Below are positions 8,613 through 24,473 of a stretch of 64,000 bases of DNA, piece by piece. The stretch is from an uncultured Gammaproteobacteria bacterium. Lineage in GTDB: Bacteria; Patescibacteriota; Patescibacteriia; UBA9934. Each line of letters begins with the position of its first letter. The stretch's first letter is position 1. The DNA lies in NCBI GenBank assembly GCA_964552565.1, contig CAZKGL010000002.1:365-64364 (forward strand), written 5' to 3'. The notes beneath the pieces were generated by a model, which saw nothing but the letters and a program-made list of their open reading frames with translations, ran no database searches and had not been told where the DNA came from. The position numbers and the translations under genes were made by a program.

Positions 8613-8644
8613 AACCAAAAGCGGGCCACAGTGGGCCCGCCTAT
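8613..8644 (-). terminator. rho-independent terminator downstream of rpoC
   Basis: GCGGGCCACAGTGGGCCCGC hairpin followed by a T-run on the minus strand, 5 nt past the rpoC stop. Confidence 0.65.
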
Positions 8645-8648
8645 TGGT

Positions 8649-12716
<4,068 letters not shown>

Positions 12717-12725
12717 AGGATGCGC

Positions 12726-15968
<3,243 letters not shown>

Positions 15969-16868
15969 AGGCAGATGAAATTACCGATGGGGTGTCTCGG
16001 CTTCGATATTTGCGTCAGGGCAAGGAACGGGGTGGCGGCGAGGAGCCGTACTGAGACGTACGGTGACGAAGCCGCCGGGAACCCGTGACACAGCCATGGC
16101 GTAAATAGCGAAGTCGAGATTAAAGCCAAAATCGCCTTGCATGGGTACAAGGCGGCCGACTACTCATCGTGCTCGTTGTGAACAGTTGCCGTGGCAGCGA
16201 GACGCTCGACTGCGACAGTCAACTGGTGGTGAGGGGACGACACCAGAAACGAGGCTAAGTATTGAACAATTTCCTCACCGTGTCCACGTCCAATGTACAC
16301 GGTTTCGGAGGCGGTCAGAGGGGGTCTGGCCGAGTGGTCGCGAGTATAGCAGGGCGCCCCACGCCCGTCAAACCCCTCCCCTGTGGATGGTGAACACGGG
16401 AGTTGTTCAGGGAAAATGGGTGGACTCGGGTACCCCATCGCGCTCCGCAGCTGCGCTACGCCGCAACGGCGACACGTCGCCTGCGGCTGGGCGCCAGACG
16501 TCTCCGCGCTCCGGGGCACCACTCGTCCTGCGCGGGGACGGATTTCGGCTTCGAAACGGCGCCCGCTCGCTTGGCAACGGTCCGCTCGCGACCATCGATG
16601 AAAAAGAAAAAAAATTCCTCCCTCACAGCGCAGGATGAGCACACGATTACGAGAGGTCACGCCATTGGGTGTGAACGAAGGAGAGAGAATTCTTCGCGAA
16701 CCGTGTGTCCGCAAAGCGTTCAGGCAATGGTGTAACGAGATCGCGTCTCACCCCGCACTGCGAGGAAGGGATATGCCGCGACAGTACAGGAAAAACCCTC
16801 CCCTGGCAACCCCCAGACTCATAAAAAACCAAACCCCCGCCGTGTCCGACAGGGGCTTGTCTAAATCG

Positions 16869-17888
16869 CTACTTTGCCGCTGCCAAATCGACTTTCTGAG
16901 CAGCGTCCCAGGTTGCGGCACGGATTGTCTTGATGAGATCCGGGTGCTCCCTAAGGTACTGCTTCGCGACTTCGCGGCCGACGCCGAGCTTTTCTTCGCC
17001 GAACACGTAGCTGTTGCCGCGCTTTTCCACCGACCCGACCTCGGTGCCGAGGTCGAGGAGGTCGCCGGCGATCGAAATGCCCTCGTTATACATGATGTCG
17101 AACTCGCAGGTGCGGAACGGCGGCGCGACCTTGTTCTTCACGATCTTTGCCTTCACGCGGTTCCCGATGATCTTCTCACCCTGCTTGATTTGCGCGCTGC
17201 GGCGCACCTCGATGCGCAGCGATGCATAAAACTTCAGCGCGTTGCCGCCCGGAGTCGTCTCGGGGTTCCCGAACATGACGCCGATCTTCATGCGGATCTG
17301 GTTGATGAAAATGACCACGCACCCGCTTTTTGCGACGATACCAGTCAGCTTGCGCAGCGCCTGGCTCATGAGCCGCGCCTGGAGCCCCATGTGCGACTCC
17401 CCCATCTCGCCCTCGATCTCCGCTTTCGGCGTGAGCGCCGCGACCGAGTCGACGACAATGACATCCATCGCGCTCGAGCGGACGAGCGTTTCGACGATTT
17501 CGAGCGCCTGCTCCCCCGTGTCCGGCTGCGAAAGGAAGAGCTCGTCGATGTTCACGCCGATTTTCCTTGCGTAGTCCGGGTCCATGGCGTGCTCGGCGTC
17601 GATGTACGCCGCAATGCCGCCCATGCGCTGCACTTCGGCAACGATGTGCTGCGCGAGCGTCGTCTTACCGGACGATTCCGGTCCGTACACCTCGACGATG
17701 CGTCCGCGCGGCACGCCGCCGACCCCAAGCGCCAGGTCGAGCGACAGGCACCCCGTCGGGATGACGTCGACGTTCGTCTGCCGCGCCTCTCCCAACCGCA
17801 TGATGGACCCCTCGCCGAACCGCTGTTTAATTTGCGAAATTGCCTGCGTCGCCGCAGCCAATCGCGCGTTCCCTGCGTCTTTTGCCAT
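16869..17888 (-). CDS. recA: recombinase RecA
   Basis: Walker A (GPESSGKTT) and RecA L1/L2 loop regions. Start at [13 protein letters not shown]... (ATG 17888); the 25 upstream codons of the ORF are unlikely. Confidence 0.95.
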   Translation of the reverse strand: MAKDAGNARLAAATQAISQIKQRFGEGSIMRLGEARQTNVDVIPTGCLSLDLALGVGGVPRGRIVEVYGPESSGKTTLAQHIVAEVQRMGGIAAYIDAEHAMDPDYARKIGVNIDELFLSQPDTGEQALEIVETLVRSSAMDVIVVDSVAALTPKAEIEGEMGESHMGLQARLMSQALRKLTGIVAKSGCVVIFINQIRMKIGVMFGNPETTPGGNALKFYASLRIEVRRSAQIKQGEKIIGNRVKAKIVKNKVAPPFRTCEFDIMYNEGISIAGDLLDLGTEVGSVEKRGNSYVFGEEKLGVGREVAKQYLREHPDLIKTIRAATWDAAQKVDLAAAK

Positions 17889-17963
17889 ACAAAAAGTTAG
17901 ATGCTGGAGAGAGAATAGGGAGTAACAAAAAGAGACCACCGGCCTCCTCTTGTATTCTACCAC

Positions 17964-18650
17964 TTAGTCCGCAATGCTGACTGAGGATATCTTTGGTTCA
18001 AAGACGACGCGGCGGTAAATCACTGCAGACCGCGAGTAGCGGCGCTTCGCTTCGACCGTAATAACGTTGAGCCCGCGCTCGAGGTCGATCGTCGTTTCAA
18101 ACGTATTGTCCGCATTCACGATGACCGCCTCGCCGTTGATCGCGAGCGTCGCTTCCCCCTTCACGACCTCCCCCCGCACGGCCAGGAGCGCGGAGTCCGT
18201 CGCCATGCCGTCTTCCGGGGCGTACAACACCACCTCCGGCGCGCGCACGAGGCCGGTGAACTGCCAGCCGAAATACGCCAATACCACAAGGGCAAAAAGG
18301 CCGAGAAGGCCCGCGGCGACCGCTCCGGGGAGGTTAAAGAGCGACGCCTTGCGCACGCGCTGGCGCGGCATGCGCGACGGGTCGAGCAAGTCGCACCGGC
18401 CGCATTCCTCTTCGTAGAGCTCGATGAAATACTTCTCGTCCGCATGAAGAGCGCGGGCGTAGGCTCGGATGAAGTTGCGGGTGTAGAGCGGCTCTGGGAG
18501 CTCCTCGTACCGTCCACGCTCGAGCGCCTCGAGATAGCGACGCTGGACGTGCGTTTCACGTTCAATATCGCCAAGCGTGACCGCTTGGCCGCGGCGCAAA
18601 GCCCGCAACTTTTCCCCCAACGTCTGCGGGACTCGATCCAATTTCCGCAT
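17964..18650 (-). CDS. RodZ-like protein: N-terminal XRE-type HTH, one TM helix, C-terminal periplasmic domain
   Basis: HTH (LGEKLRALRRGQAVTLGDIERETHVQRRYLEALE), TM (AVAAGLLGLFALVVLAYF). Architecture matches RodZ / DUF4115 proteins. Confidence 0.6.
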   Translation of the reverse strand: MRKLDRVPQTLGEKLRALRRGQAVTLGDIERETHVQRRYLEALERGRYEELPEPLYTRNFIRAYARALHADEKYFIELYEEECGRCDLLDPSRMPRQRVRKASLFNLPGAVAAGLLGLFALVVLAYFGWQFTGLVRAPEVVLYAPEDGMATDSALLAVRGEVVKGEATLAINGEAVIVNADNTFETTIDLERGLNVITVEAKRRYSRSAVIYRRVVFEPKISSVSIAD

Positions 18651-18664
18651 GACGAACACCATAG

Positions 18665-20959
18665 CTATCCTTTTGCCTTGAGGTCTTCTTCCGTCTCCAC
18701 GTCCTCCTCCTCGTCAAACCGCGCAGCTTCGTCTTCATCGTCCGGCAGGTCGGCGTCTTCCTCATCTTCGTCCATCGCCTCTTCCTCGTCCAGTTCGTCA
18801 TCGTCCTCAGGCGGCCGGGTATTGAACTGCGTCGGCTTCCGGCTGCCCTCCGGCGGCCACTCGGTCACGAGGATTTCGCGCGGCTTTGCGCCGTCCTGGG
18901 CGCCGATAATGCCCATCTGCTCCATGAGGTCGATAATGCGCGCGGCGCGGGAGTACCCGATCTTCATGCGGCGCTGCAGGAAGCTCGTCGAGGCCTTGCC
19001 GCTCTCAAGGACGATCTGGATGGCGTCCTCCATGAGGTCGTCGCTGTCCTCCGGGTTCATGGAGACCCCGCCGGACGAGGCGCCTTCCGTAATCTGGTAG
19101 TTGTAGTCCGGCGCGCTCTCGCCCTTCAGGAAGTCGACCACGCGCTCAATCTCCTTTTCGGACAAATACGCGCCCTGCAAACGCCGCGGTTTGCTGATCT
19201 CCGGAGTCGACATGAGCATGTCGCCGCGGCCGAGGAGCTTTTCCGCGCCCGAGATGTCGAGGATAGTCTTGCTGTCGACCTGCGAGGCGACCGCAAAGGC
19301 AAGGCGCGTCGGGATGTTCGCCTTGATGGTGCCGGTGATGACGTCGACCGACGGCCGCTGCGTCGCAAGGACGAGGTGGATGCCGGCGGCGCGGGCCATC
19401 TGCGCAATGCGCACGATGACCGCTTCGACATCGCGCTTGTTCTGGCTCATGAGGTCGGCGAGCTCGTCGATGATAACGATGATGCGCGGCATGCGCTCCT
19501 TCGCCTTCTGGTTGTACGAGTCGATGTCGCGGGCGCCGAACTTCGCCAGGTAATCGAGCCGGCGTTCCATTTCGCGCACCGCCCACTTGAGGGCGTTGAT
19601 CGCCTCGTCCGCCTTGGTGATCGGCGGCACAAGGAGGTGCGGAATGCCCCCGTAGACGCCGAGTTCGACGCGCTTCGGGTCGACCATGATGAGTTTGAGG
19701 TCGTCCGGACCGTTCTGGTAGAGGAGCGAAATGATGATGGTATTCAAACAGACCGACTTCCCGCTGCCCGTCGCGCCGGCGACAAGCATGTGCGGCGCCT
19801 TGTCGACGGAAAGGAGCTGCGTCCCGCCCGAAATGTCTTTGCCGATCGGCGCGGTAAAACTCGTCTTGCGGTGCTGGAACTCCTTCGACTCGAGGAGTTC
19901 GCGAAGGCAGACGCGACCGATGGTCTGGTTCGGGACCTCAATACCGACGAGGGACTTGCCCGGGATCGGCGCCTCGATGCGGATCGGGTGCGCGGCGAGC
20001 GCGAGCGCCAAGTCGTTCTGGAGGGCGACGATGCGGGCGAGTTTGACGCCCTGCGCCGGGCGGAGCGCGTACTGCGACACGGTCGGCCCTACTTTCACCT
20101 CGCTCATCTCGACCGGGATGTTGAACTGGCTGAACGTCTTCACGATGATCTCTTTGTTGCGCTCGATATCGCCTGCCTTTGCGTCCGAGCTTCGGTCGTC
20201 GAGCAGGTCGAACGGGATCTCAATCTTGCGGCGCAGCTTGCTCGTCATGACCTGTTCGGCCGGCGGGACGTACGGCGCTGCAGGCGCCGAGTCTTCTTCC
20301 TCCGGGGACGAATCGGACGCATCAGCCGAATCGGACGCCGCCGACGGCTCCTCTTCTTCGCGCGCCTGCCGTTCCTCGAACGTCTCCCCGTCCTCGACCG
20401 CTTCCTCATCTTCCTTACGACGCATCATGCCAAACAGTGCGAAGGCCGGGGCGAGCAGCGTGCGGAGCGAGGTATTGAGGAGCACGATGACCGACACAAG
20501 GAAGCACGCGCCGGCTAAAATGAGCGCAGCGATGAACCCCATGGATGCCACGAGGAGTGACGACACCAAGAGGCCGAGCCGGCCACCAAAGGCGCTCACG
20601 ACCGCGACGTCGGTGACGCCCGACGCGAAAAGCAGGTTCATGAGGCCGCAGAATGCGACGACAAAGATGCCGAGCGCGAGCATGTTGCGCCAGGTGAGGA
20701 ACCGGCGGTCGCCGATGACGACCGTGGCGCCGATGGCGAAAAAGAGGAGCGGCACGGCGATGCGCGCCAACCCGACGTTCGCAGCCAAGAACCCGTCCAC
20801 GGTGCGGCCGACCTGGCCCGCCATCCCGAAAAACGCCAACAAGAGGATCGCCCCCACGGCAATAAGCCCGATCGCCACAATGCTCTCGCGCACGTCGTCC
20901 CCCACCATCACCTCGTCCTCCTGGTACTTGGGCGCCCTGCGCTTCACCTTTTTGGCCAT
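18665..20959 (-). CDS. ftsK: DNA translocase FtsK (with unusual acidic C-terminal tail)
   Basis: N-terminal TM helices, Walker A (GATGSGKSV), RecA-like motor, gamma winged-helix (FLQRRMKIGYSRAARIIDLMEQMGI), then about 60 aa of D/E-rich tail. Start at MAKKVKRR (ATG 20959). Confidence 0.9.
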   Translation of the reverse strand: MAKKVKRRAPKYQEDEVMVGDDVRESIVAIGLIAVGAILLLAFFGMAGQVGRTVDGFLAANVGLARIAVPLLFFAIGATVVIGDRRFLTWRNMLALGIFVVAFCGLMNLLFASGVTDVAVVSAFGGRLGLLVSSLLVASMGFIAALILAGACFLVSVIVLLNTSLRTLLAPAFALFGMMRRKEDEEAVEDGETFEERQAREEEEPSAASDSADASDSSPEEEDSAPAAPYVPPAEQVMTSKLRRKIEIPFDLLDDRSSDAKAGDIERNKEIIVKTFSQFNIPVEMSEVKVGPTVSQYALRPAQGVKLARIVALQNDLALALAAHPIRIEAPIPGKSLVGIEVPNQTIGRVCLRELLESKEFQHRKTSFTAPIGKDISGGTQLLSVDKAPHMLVAGATGSGKSVCLNTIIISLLYQNGPDDLKLIMVDPKRVELGVYGGIPHLLVPPITKADEAINALKWAVREMERRLDYLAKFGARDIDSYNQKAKERMPRIIVIIDELADLMSQNKRDVEAVIVRIAQMARAAGIHLVLATQRPSVDVITGTIKANIPTRLAFAVASQVDSKTILDISGAEKLLGRGDMLMSTPEISKPRRLQGAYLSEKEIERVVDFLKGESAPDYNYQITEGASSGGVSMNPEDSDDLMEDAIQIVLESGKASTSFLQRRMKIGYSRAARIIDLMEQMGIIGAQDGAKPREILVTEWPPEGSRKPTQFNTRPPEDDDELDEEEAMDEDEEDADLPDDEDEAARFDEEEDVETEEDLKAKG

Positions 20960-21059
20960 ATCAGTCCCTATTGTAGCAGATCGGCCGCCGTGTGAATAAA
21001 TGCTTGAACGATGCGGTTTTTCGGGGCAAACTGAAAGCTCACTTCCCCGGAGGACACCC

Positions 21060-21452
21060 ATGCAGGCCTTGGCCTCTCCCCGCACCGTCCACATGGCGAG
21101 CCGCCTCAAGGTGGGCGCCACGTTCATCGGCGACACCCGCGTCGGCGAGTACACCCACCACCGGTTCGGCCGTTCGCTGAACGCCCGCGACCCGCGCCGC
21201 CGTCTCCTCGCGCTCATCGCGTACGTCGACAAGGTCATGGCGGCGCAGCAGACGAAGACGCACGAGCCGGTCTTCCTCACGGTCGAGGACGCGTTCTGCC
21301 AGCCCTGTCCCCTCCTCACGGAGATCGTCGCCAAGTGGCGTCCGGAGTACACCGGCAAGATCTACGCCCGCAACCCGGAGGTCGTCGCCGAGCTCGAACG
21401 CTGGAGCGCGTTCCGCATCGAGATCGCGCCGAAGCCCTCCCGCCGCCGCTAG
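21060..21452 (+). CDS. hypothetical protein (130 aa)
   Basis: Very high GC3 ORF MQALASPRTVHMASRLKVGATFIGD..., preceded by GGAGGACACCC. Confidence 0.55.
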   Translation: MQALASPRTVHMASRLKVGATFIGDTRVGEYTHHRFGRSLNARDPRRRLLALIAYVDKVMAAQQTKTHEPVFLTVEDAFCQPCPLLTEIVAKWRPEYTGKIYARNPEVVAELERWSAFRIEIAPKPSRRR

Positions 21453-21570
21453 GCAGCCCCTCCCCCTCCGCCCCACGCTCGAGCACCGGCTCGCGTGGGG
21501 CGACGTCGTCTACGGTGACTGGACGCCCGTCATGGCTGGTTTTGCTATACGATGTACCATATACCTCTGT

Positions 21571-21885
21571 ATGACCAAGAAAATCGCTGGCGGTGTGGTG
21601 CACAACGTGCCGACGGATTTGCGGAAAGCATTCATTGCCGATCCGGATGCATTGGCGAAATGGAACGACCTTACGCCGCTCGCGCGCAACGAGTGGATCT
21701 GTTGGACGATATCGGTCAAACATCCGGAAACGAGAGCGGAGCACATTGCGCGCGTATGCTCGGAGCTGAAGGAAGGAATGCGGCGGCCCTGCTGCTGGTA
21801 TGGCTGTGTGCATCGTACGGATAAGCCCATAAGCCCTTCGGTGCAACACGTGTTGATGAAGAAGCGAGCAAAACCGAGGCGGTAA
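21571..21885 (+). CDS. YdeI/OmpD-associated (bacteriocin-protection) family protein, lower GC
   Basis: MTKKIAGG...WICWTISVKHPETRAEHIARVCSELKEG resembles the YdeI/OmpD-associated domain. Noticeably AT-richer codon usage than neighbours. Confidence 0.55.
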   Translation: MTKKIAGGVVHNVPTDLRKAFIADPDALAKWNDLTPLARNEWICWTISVKHPETRAEHIARVCSELKEGMRRPCCWYGCVHRTDKPISPSVQHVLMKKRAKPRR

Positions 21886-21899
21886 ATGGCAACCGCCCG

Positions 21900-22952
21900 C
21901 TACACGGAGTAGCGGGCGGCGTGGGCCGAGGTAATCTCGGCGAGGGTACGGCGGTCGACGAGTGAAAACTGGGCGCCCTCGGCATCCGGCCGCACGGCGT
22001 AGCCCCCGGGCGTCGTCGAGCCACGAATGCCCCAGATGTCCGTGAGCGGCGCGAGGTGGTCGCGCATCTCCGGCGTCTCTCGGCCGGTGATGACGACCTT
22101 GATCCGCCCCGGGGCGTAGGCACGGCCCATGATGCTCGTGATGGCGACCGCACGGATGAAGTCGTCATCGGTGCACCGCGCGTCCGTCGTCGCGCCCTTC
22201 GCGGGGTTGAGCCGCGGCACCGAAATGGTGACGAGCTCTGCCCCGAGGTCGAGCAGGATCCGGGCGTGCGCGGTGACGCAGGCGACCTCGAACCAGATGT
22301 CCGGGTTCGCGCCGAGGAGCGCACCGACCCCGACCTGCCGCCAGCCGGCTGTGAGCGCGGTCGTCGGCTGCGTCGCGCGCTCTTCCGGAGTCCCCTTGAA
22401 GCGCATGTCGTCCTCGGTGTGCATGACGCGGTAGCAGTCAGTGCCGTACGCCTCCTGGAACAGGACGTAACGGCAACCAGGACCGGCGACGTGCGCCAGA
22501 TGCTCGAGCTCGTGCCGCGCGAACGGCGACATCTCGAGGATCGGGCGCAAGCCCTGCTCACGCACTGCCGTGAGCCCGCGCGCCGCGAATTCGGCCTGGC
22601 GGCTCAGCGTGCCCCGCAGCGTAGACAGCGTGTCCCAGCGCGTGAGCGTGCCGCCGAGCACGTAGGCTGCCGTGCAGCCCATCAGCCAGATGGCCCCCGC
22701 CTCGCGGCCGAGATCGCGCTCGCTGAGCATGACGCGCGTCATGACGTTGCCCTTGCGGAACCCGCAGTACGCGCAGTTCGCGTGGCAGACGTTGTAGACG
22801 TAGAGCGGCGAGAACGCCTCGTGACAGCCTCCTGGCGGGCCGACAACGATCGCGCGCTCGAGCAGTGCTTCGCTGGAAAGAGCGGACAGGCTTCGGACAT
22901 CGTGAGCGATGCCCGCAGCCCTTTTGTGAATGGCTGCGAGCATCGTCGTCAT
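21900..22952 (-). CDS. radical SAM enzyme of the ThiH/HydG (tyrosine-lyase) family
   Basis: LYVYNVCHANCAYCGF matches ThiH LYLSNLCANDCTYCGF. C-terminal ISVPRLNP and TTPGGYA resemble ThiH SFPRLRP and TQPGGYA. Start at MTTMLAAIHK (ATG 22952). Confidence 0.75.
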   Translation of the reverse strand: MTTMLAAIHKRAAGIAHDVRSLSALSSEALLERAIVVGPPGGCHEAFSPLYVYNVCHANCAYCGFRKGNVMTRVMLSERDLGREAGAIWLMGCTAAYVLGGTLTRWDTLSTLRGTLSRQAEFAARGLTAVREQGLRPILEMSPFARHELEHLAHVAGPGCRYVLFQEAYGTDCYRVMHTEDDMRFKGTPEERATQPTTALTAGWRQVGVGALLGANPDIWFEVACVTAHARILLDLGAELVTISVPRLNPAKGATTDARCTDDDFIRAVAITSIMGRAYAPGRIKVVITGRETPEMRDHLAPLTDIWGIRGSTTPGGYAVRPDAEGAQFSLVDRRTLAEITSAHAARYSV

Positions 22953-22954
22953 GG

Positions 22955-23008
22955 CTACAGGTAACCCAGCTTGCGCAGGGCCTCGGTGAGCTTGTCGTTC
23001 TCGGACAT
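22955..23008 (-). CDS. 17-codon ORF (MSENDKLTEALRKLGYL) with consensus SD, stop 2 nt before the radical-SAM start; candidate leader or precursor peptide
   Basis: AAGGAGG 5 nt upstream of ATG; 17/18 codons end in G/C; TAG-CC-ATG junction with the downstream ThiH-like gene. Confidence 0.35.
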   Translation of the reverse strand: MSENDKLTEALRKLGYL

Positions 23009-23144
23009 GGCTGCCTCCTTGCGGGTTCTCCGCACCATGAAGATAGCCAAAACGCGGCAACAAACGTCTGTTGTCAGTACATGGATGACCTCCAGAAACT
23101 CGCCCATCCATTGACAGACATAGCATTGTATGGTGTCATATTTA

Positions 23145-23863
23145 TGATGACTATGCTTGAAGGGCATCTTGCAAAACTTGGACTCCCCAAGAACACGACA
23201 AAGGTCTTCCAAGCGCTTCTCGGCATCGACGAAGCGCGCGCTTCGGACGTCATTAAAAAGACGGGACTGCATCGGCACCTCGTCTACGAAGCGCTACGCG
23301 ACCTTGAAGCACGGGGTCTCGTAAAAAAGCTTGTGCGCGACGACGTCGCACACTTCCGCGTCATGAGTGCCGATCCCCTGCTCGAAGAAGCCGAAGAGCG
23401 TTACGCTGCGGCAGCAGAAGTTGCGCGGGTGTTGCGACAGCGCAAGCCAAAAGCCGAAAGCTCGGTAACATTCTTTGAGGGCATCGAAGGCGTGCATGCC
23501 TTTACTGAGTTTGTACTGGCACAGGGCGCAGATCTTGATGTTCTTGGTGCAAACGCCCGCTTCCGGCAGTTCTACCCCGAAATCTTCGACCTCTGGAACG
23601 AACGTCGCCTCAAAAAGCGCATTCGGTTCCGCGTACTTGCCCCGAAAGAAGTACGCGACGAGCACCTGAGCGATGTCCCCGGCGTGACTATTCACCGTTA
23701 CGACGGCCGACTTTTCCCAGGTGTCGCCTGGATCTTTGGCGACTACCTCGCACACATCGTCTGGAAAACCCGCCAAAACACCGAAATTATCCTCCTCAAA
23801 CAAACCAACCTTGCCGAACAGCACCGAGAACTTTTCAATGCGCTCTGGGGGACGACGAGATAA
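23145..23863 (+). CDS. TrmB-family transcriptional regulator (low-GC)
   Basis: N-terminal wHTH LGLPKNTTKVFQALLGIDEARASDVIKKTGLHRHLVYEALRDLEARGLV plus C-terminal TrmB-like domain. Divergent from the peptide/radical-SAM pair; TTGACA at 23111. Confidence 0.6.
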
Positions 23864-23906
23864 CACAAAAGCAGCCGACAGGGCTGCTTTTGTGTTTGTT
23901 TGTACG

Positions 23907-24473
23907 TTACTTCGCCACGCGCTCGACGTAGGCGCCGGTGTCGGTCGAAATGCGGACGGTATCACCCACGCCGACGAAGATCGGCACGCGGATCTTGAGG
24001 CCGTTGTCGCAGACCGCGTCCTTCTGGACGTTGCCCGAGGCGGTGTCGCCTTTCACGGCCGGCTCGGTGTCCGCGATCGTGTACTCGATCTTGAGCGGGA
24101 GCTCCATCGCGATCGCCTTGTCGCCGTGCATGATGACCGTCACGTCGAGGCCTTCCTTGAGGTACTGCGCGTCCTCCCCGACCGTGTCGCGGCCGAGTGA
24201 AACCTGCTCGTACGTCTGGCCGTCCATGAAGGTGAGCGTGTTCTCGTCGCCGAAGATGTACTGCATCTTCTTGAAGCCAACGTCCTCAAACGTCAGGGTT
24301 TCCGACGACTTGAAGTTGTTTTCCACCACCTTGCCGGTGCTGAGCGACTTGATGCGGGTGCGGACGAACGAACTGCCCTTGCCTGGGCTGACGCGTTGGA
24401 AGCCGACGACGACCCAGAGATCGTTTTCGTAGTTGATGACCGTACCCTTACGGATGTCATTCGGAGATGCCAT
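23907..24473 (-). CDS. efp: elongation factor P
   Basis: 188 aa, KOW/OB domains, conserved loop SPGKGSSF with Lys at the modification site. Confidence 0.95.
   Translation of the reverse strand: MASPNDIRKGTVINYENDLWVVVGFQRVSPGKGSSFVRTRIKSLSTGKVVENNFKSSETLTFEDVGFKKMQYIFGDENTLTFMDGQTYEQVSLGRDTVGEDAQYLKEGLDVTVIMHGDKAIAMELPLKIEYTIADTEPAVKGDTASGNVQKDAVCDNGLKIRVPIFVGVGDTVRISTDTGAYVERVAK

Noticed and set aside
16160-16714. 184-aa and 165-aa ORFs in the rpoB upstream region
   Set aside because: Neither shows codon-position GC bias or a recognisable domain; the region is treated as non-coding.
22955-23278. 107-aa minus-strand ORF listed by the ORF track
   Set aside because: Its N-terminal 90 codons are antisense to the TrmB-like gene's promoter and 5' end and are AT-rich junk. 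Only the last 17 codons (SD-driven ATG at 23008) have a coding signal, so only that short ORF is kept.
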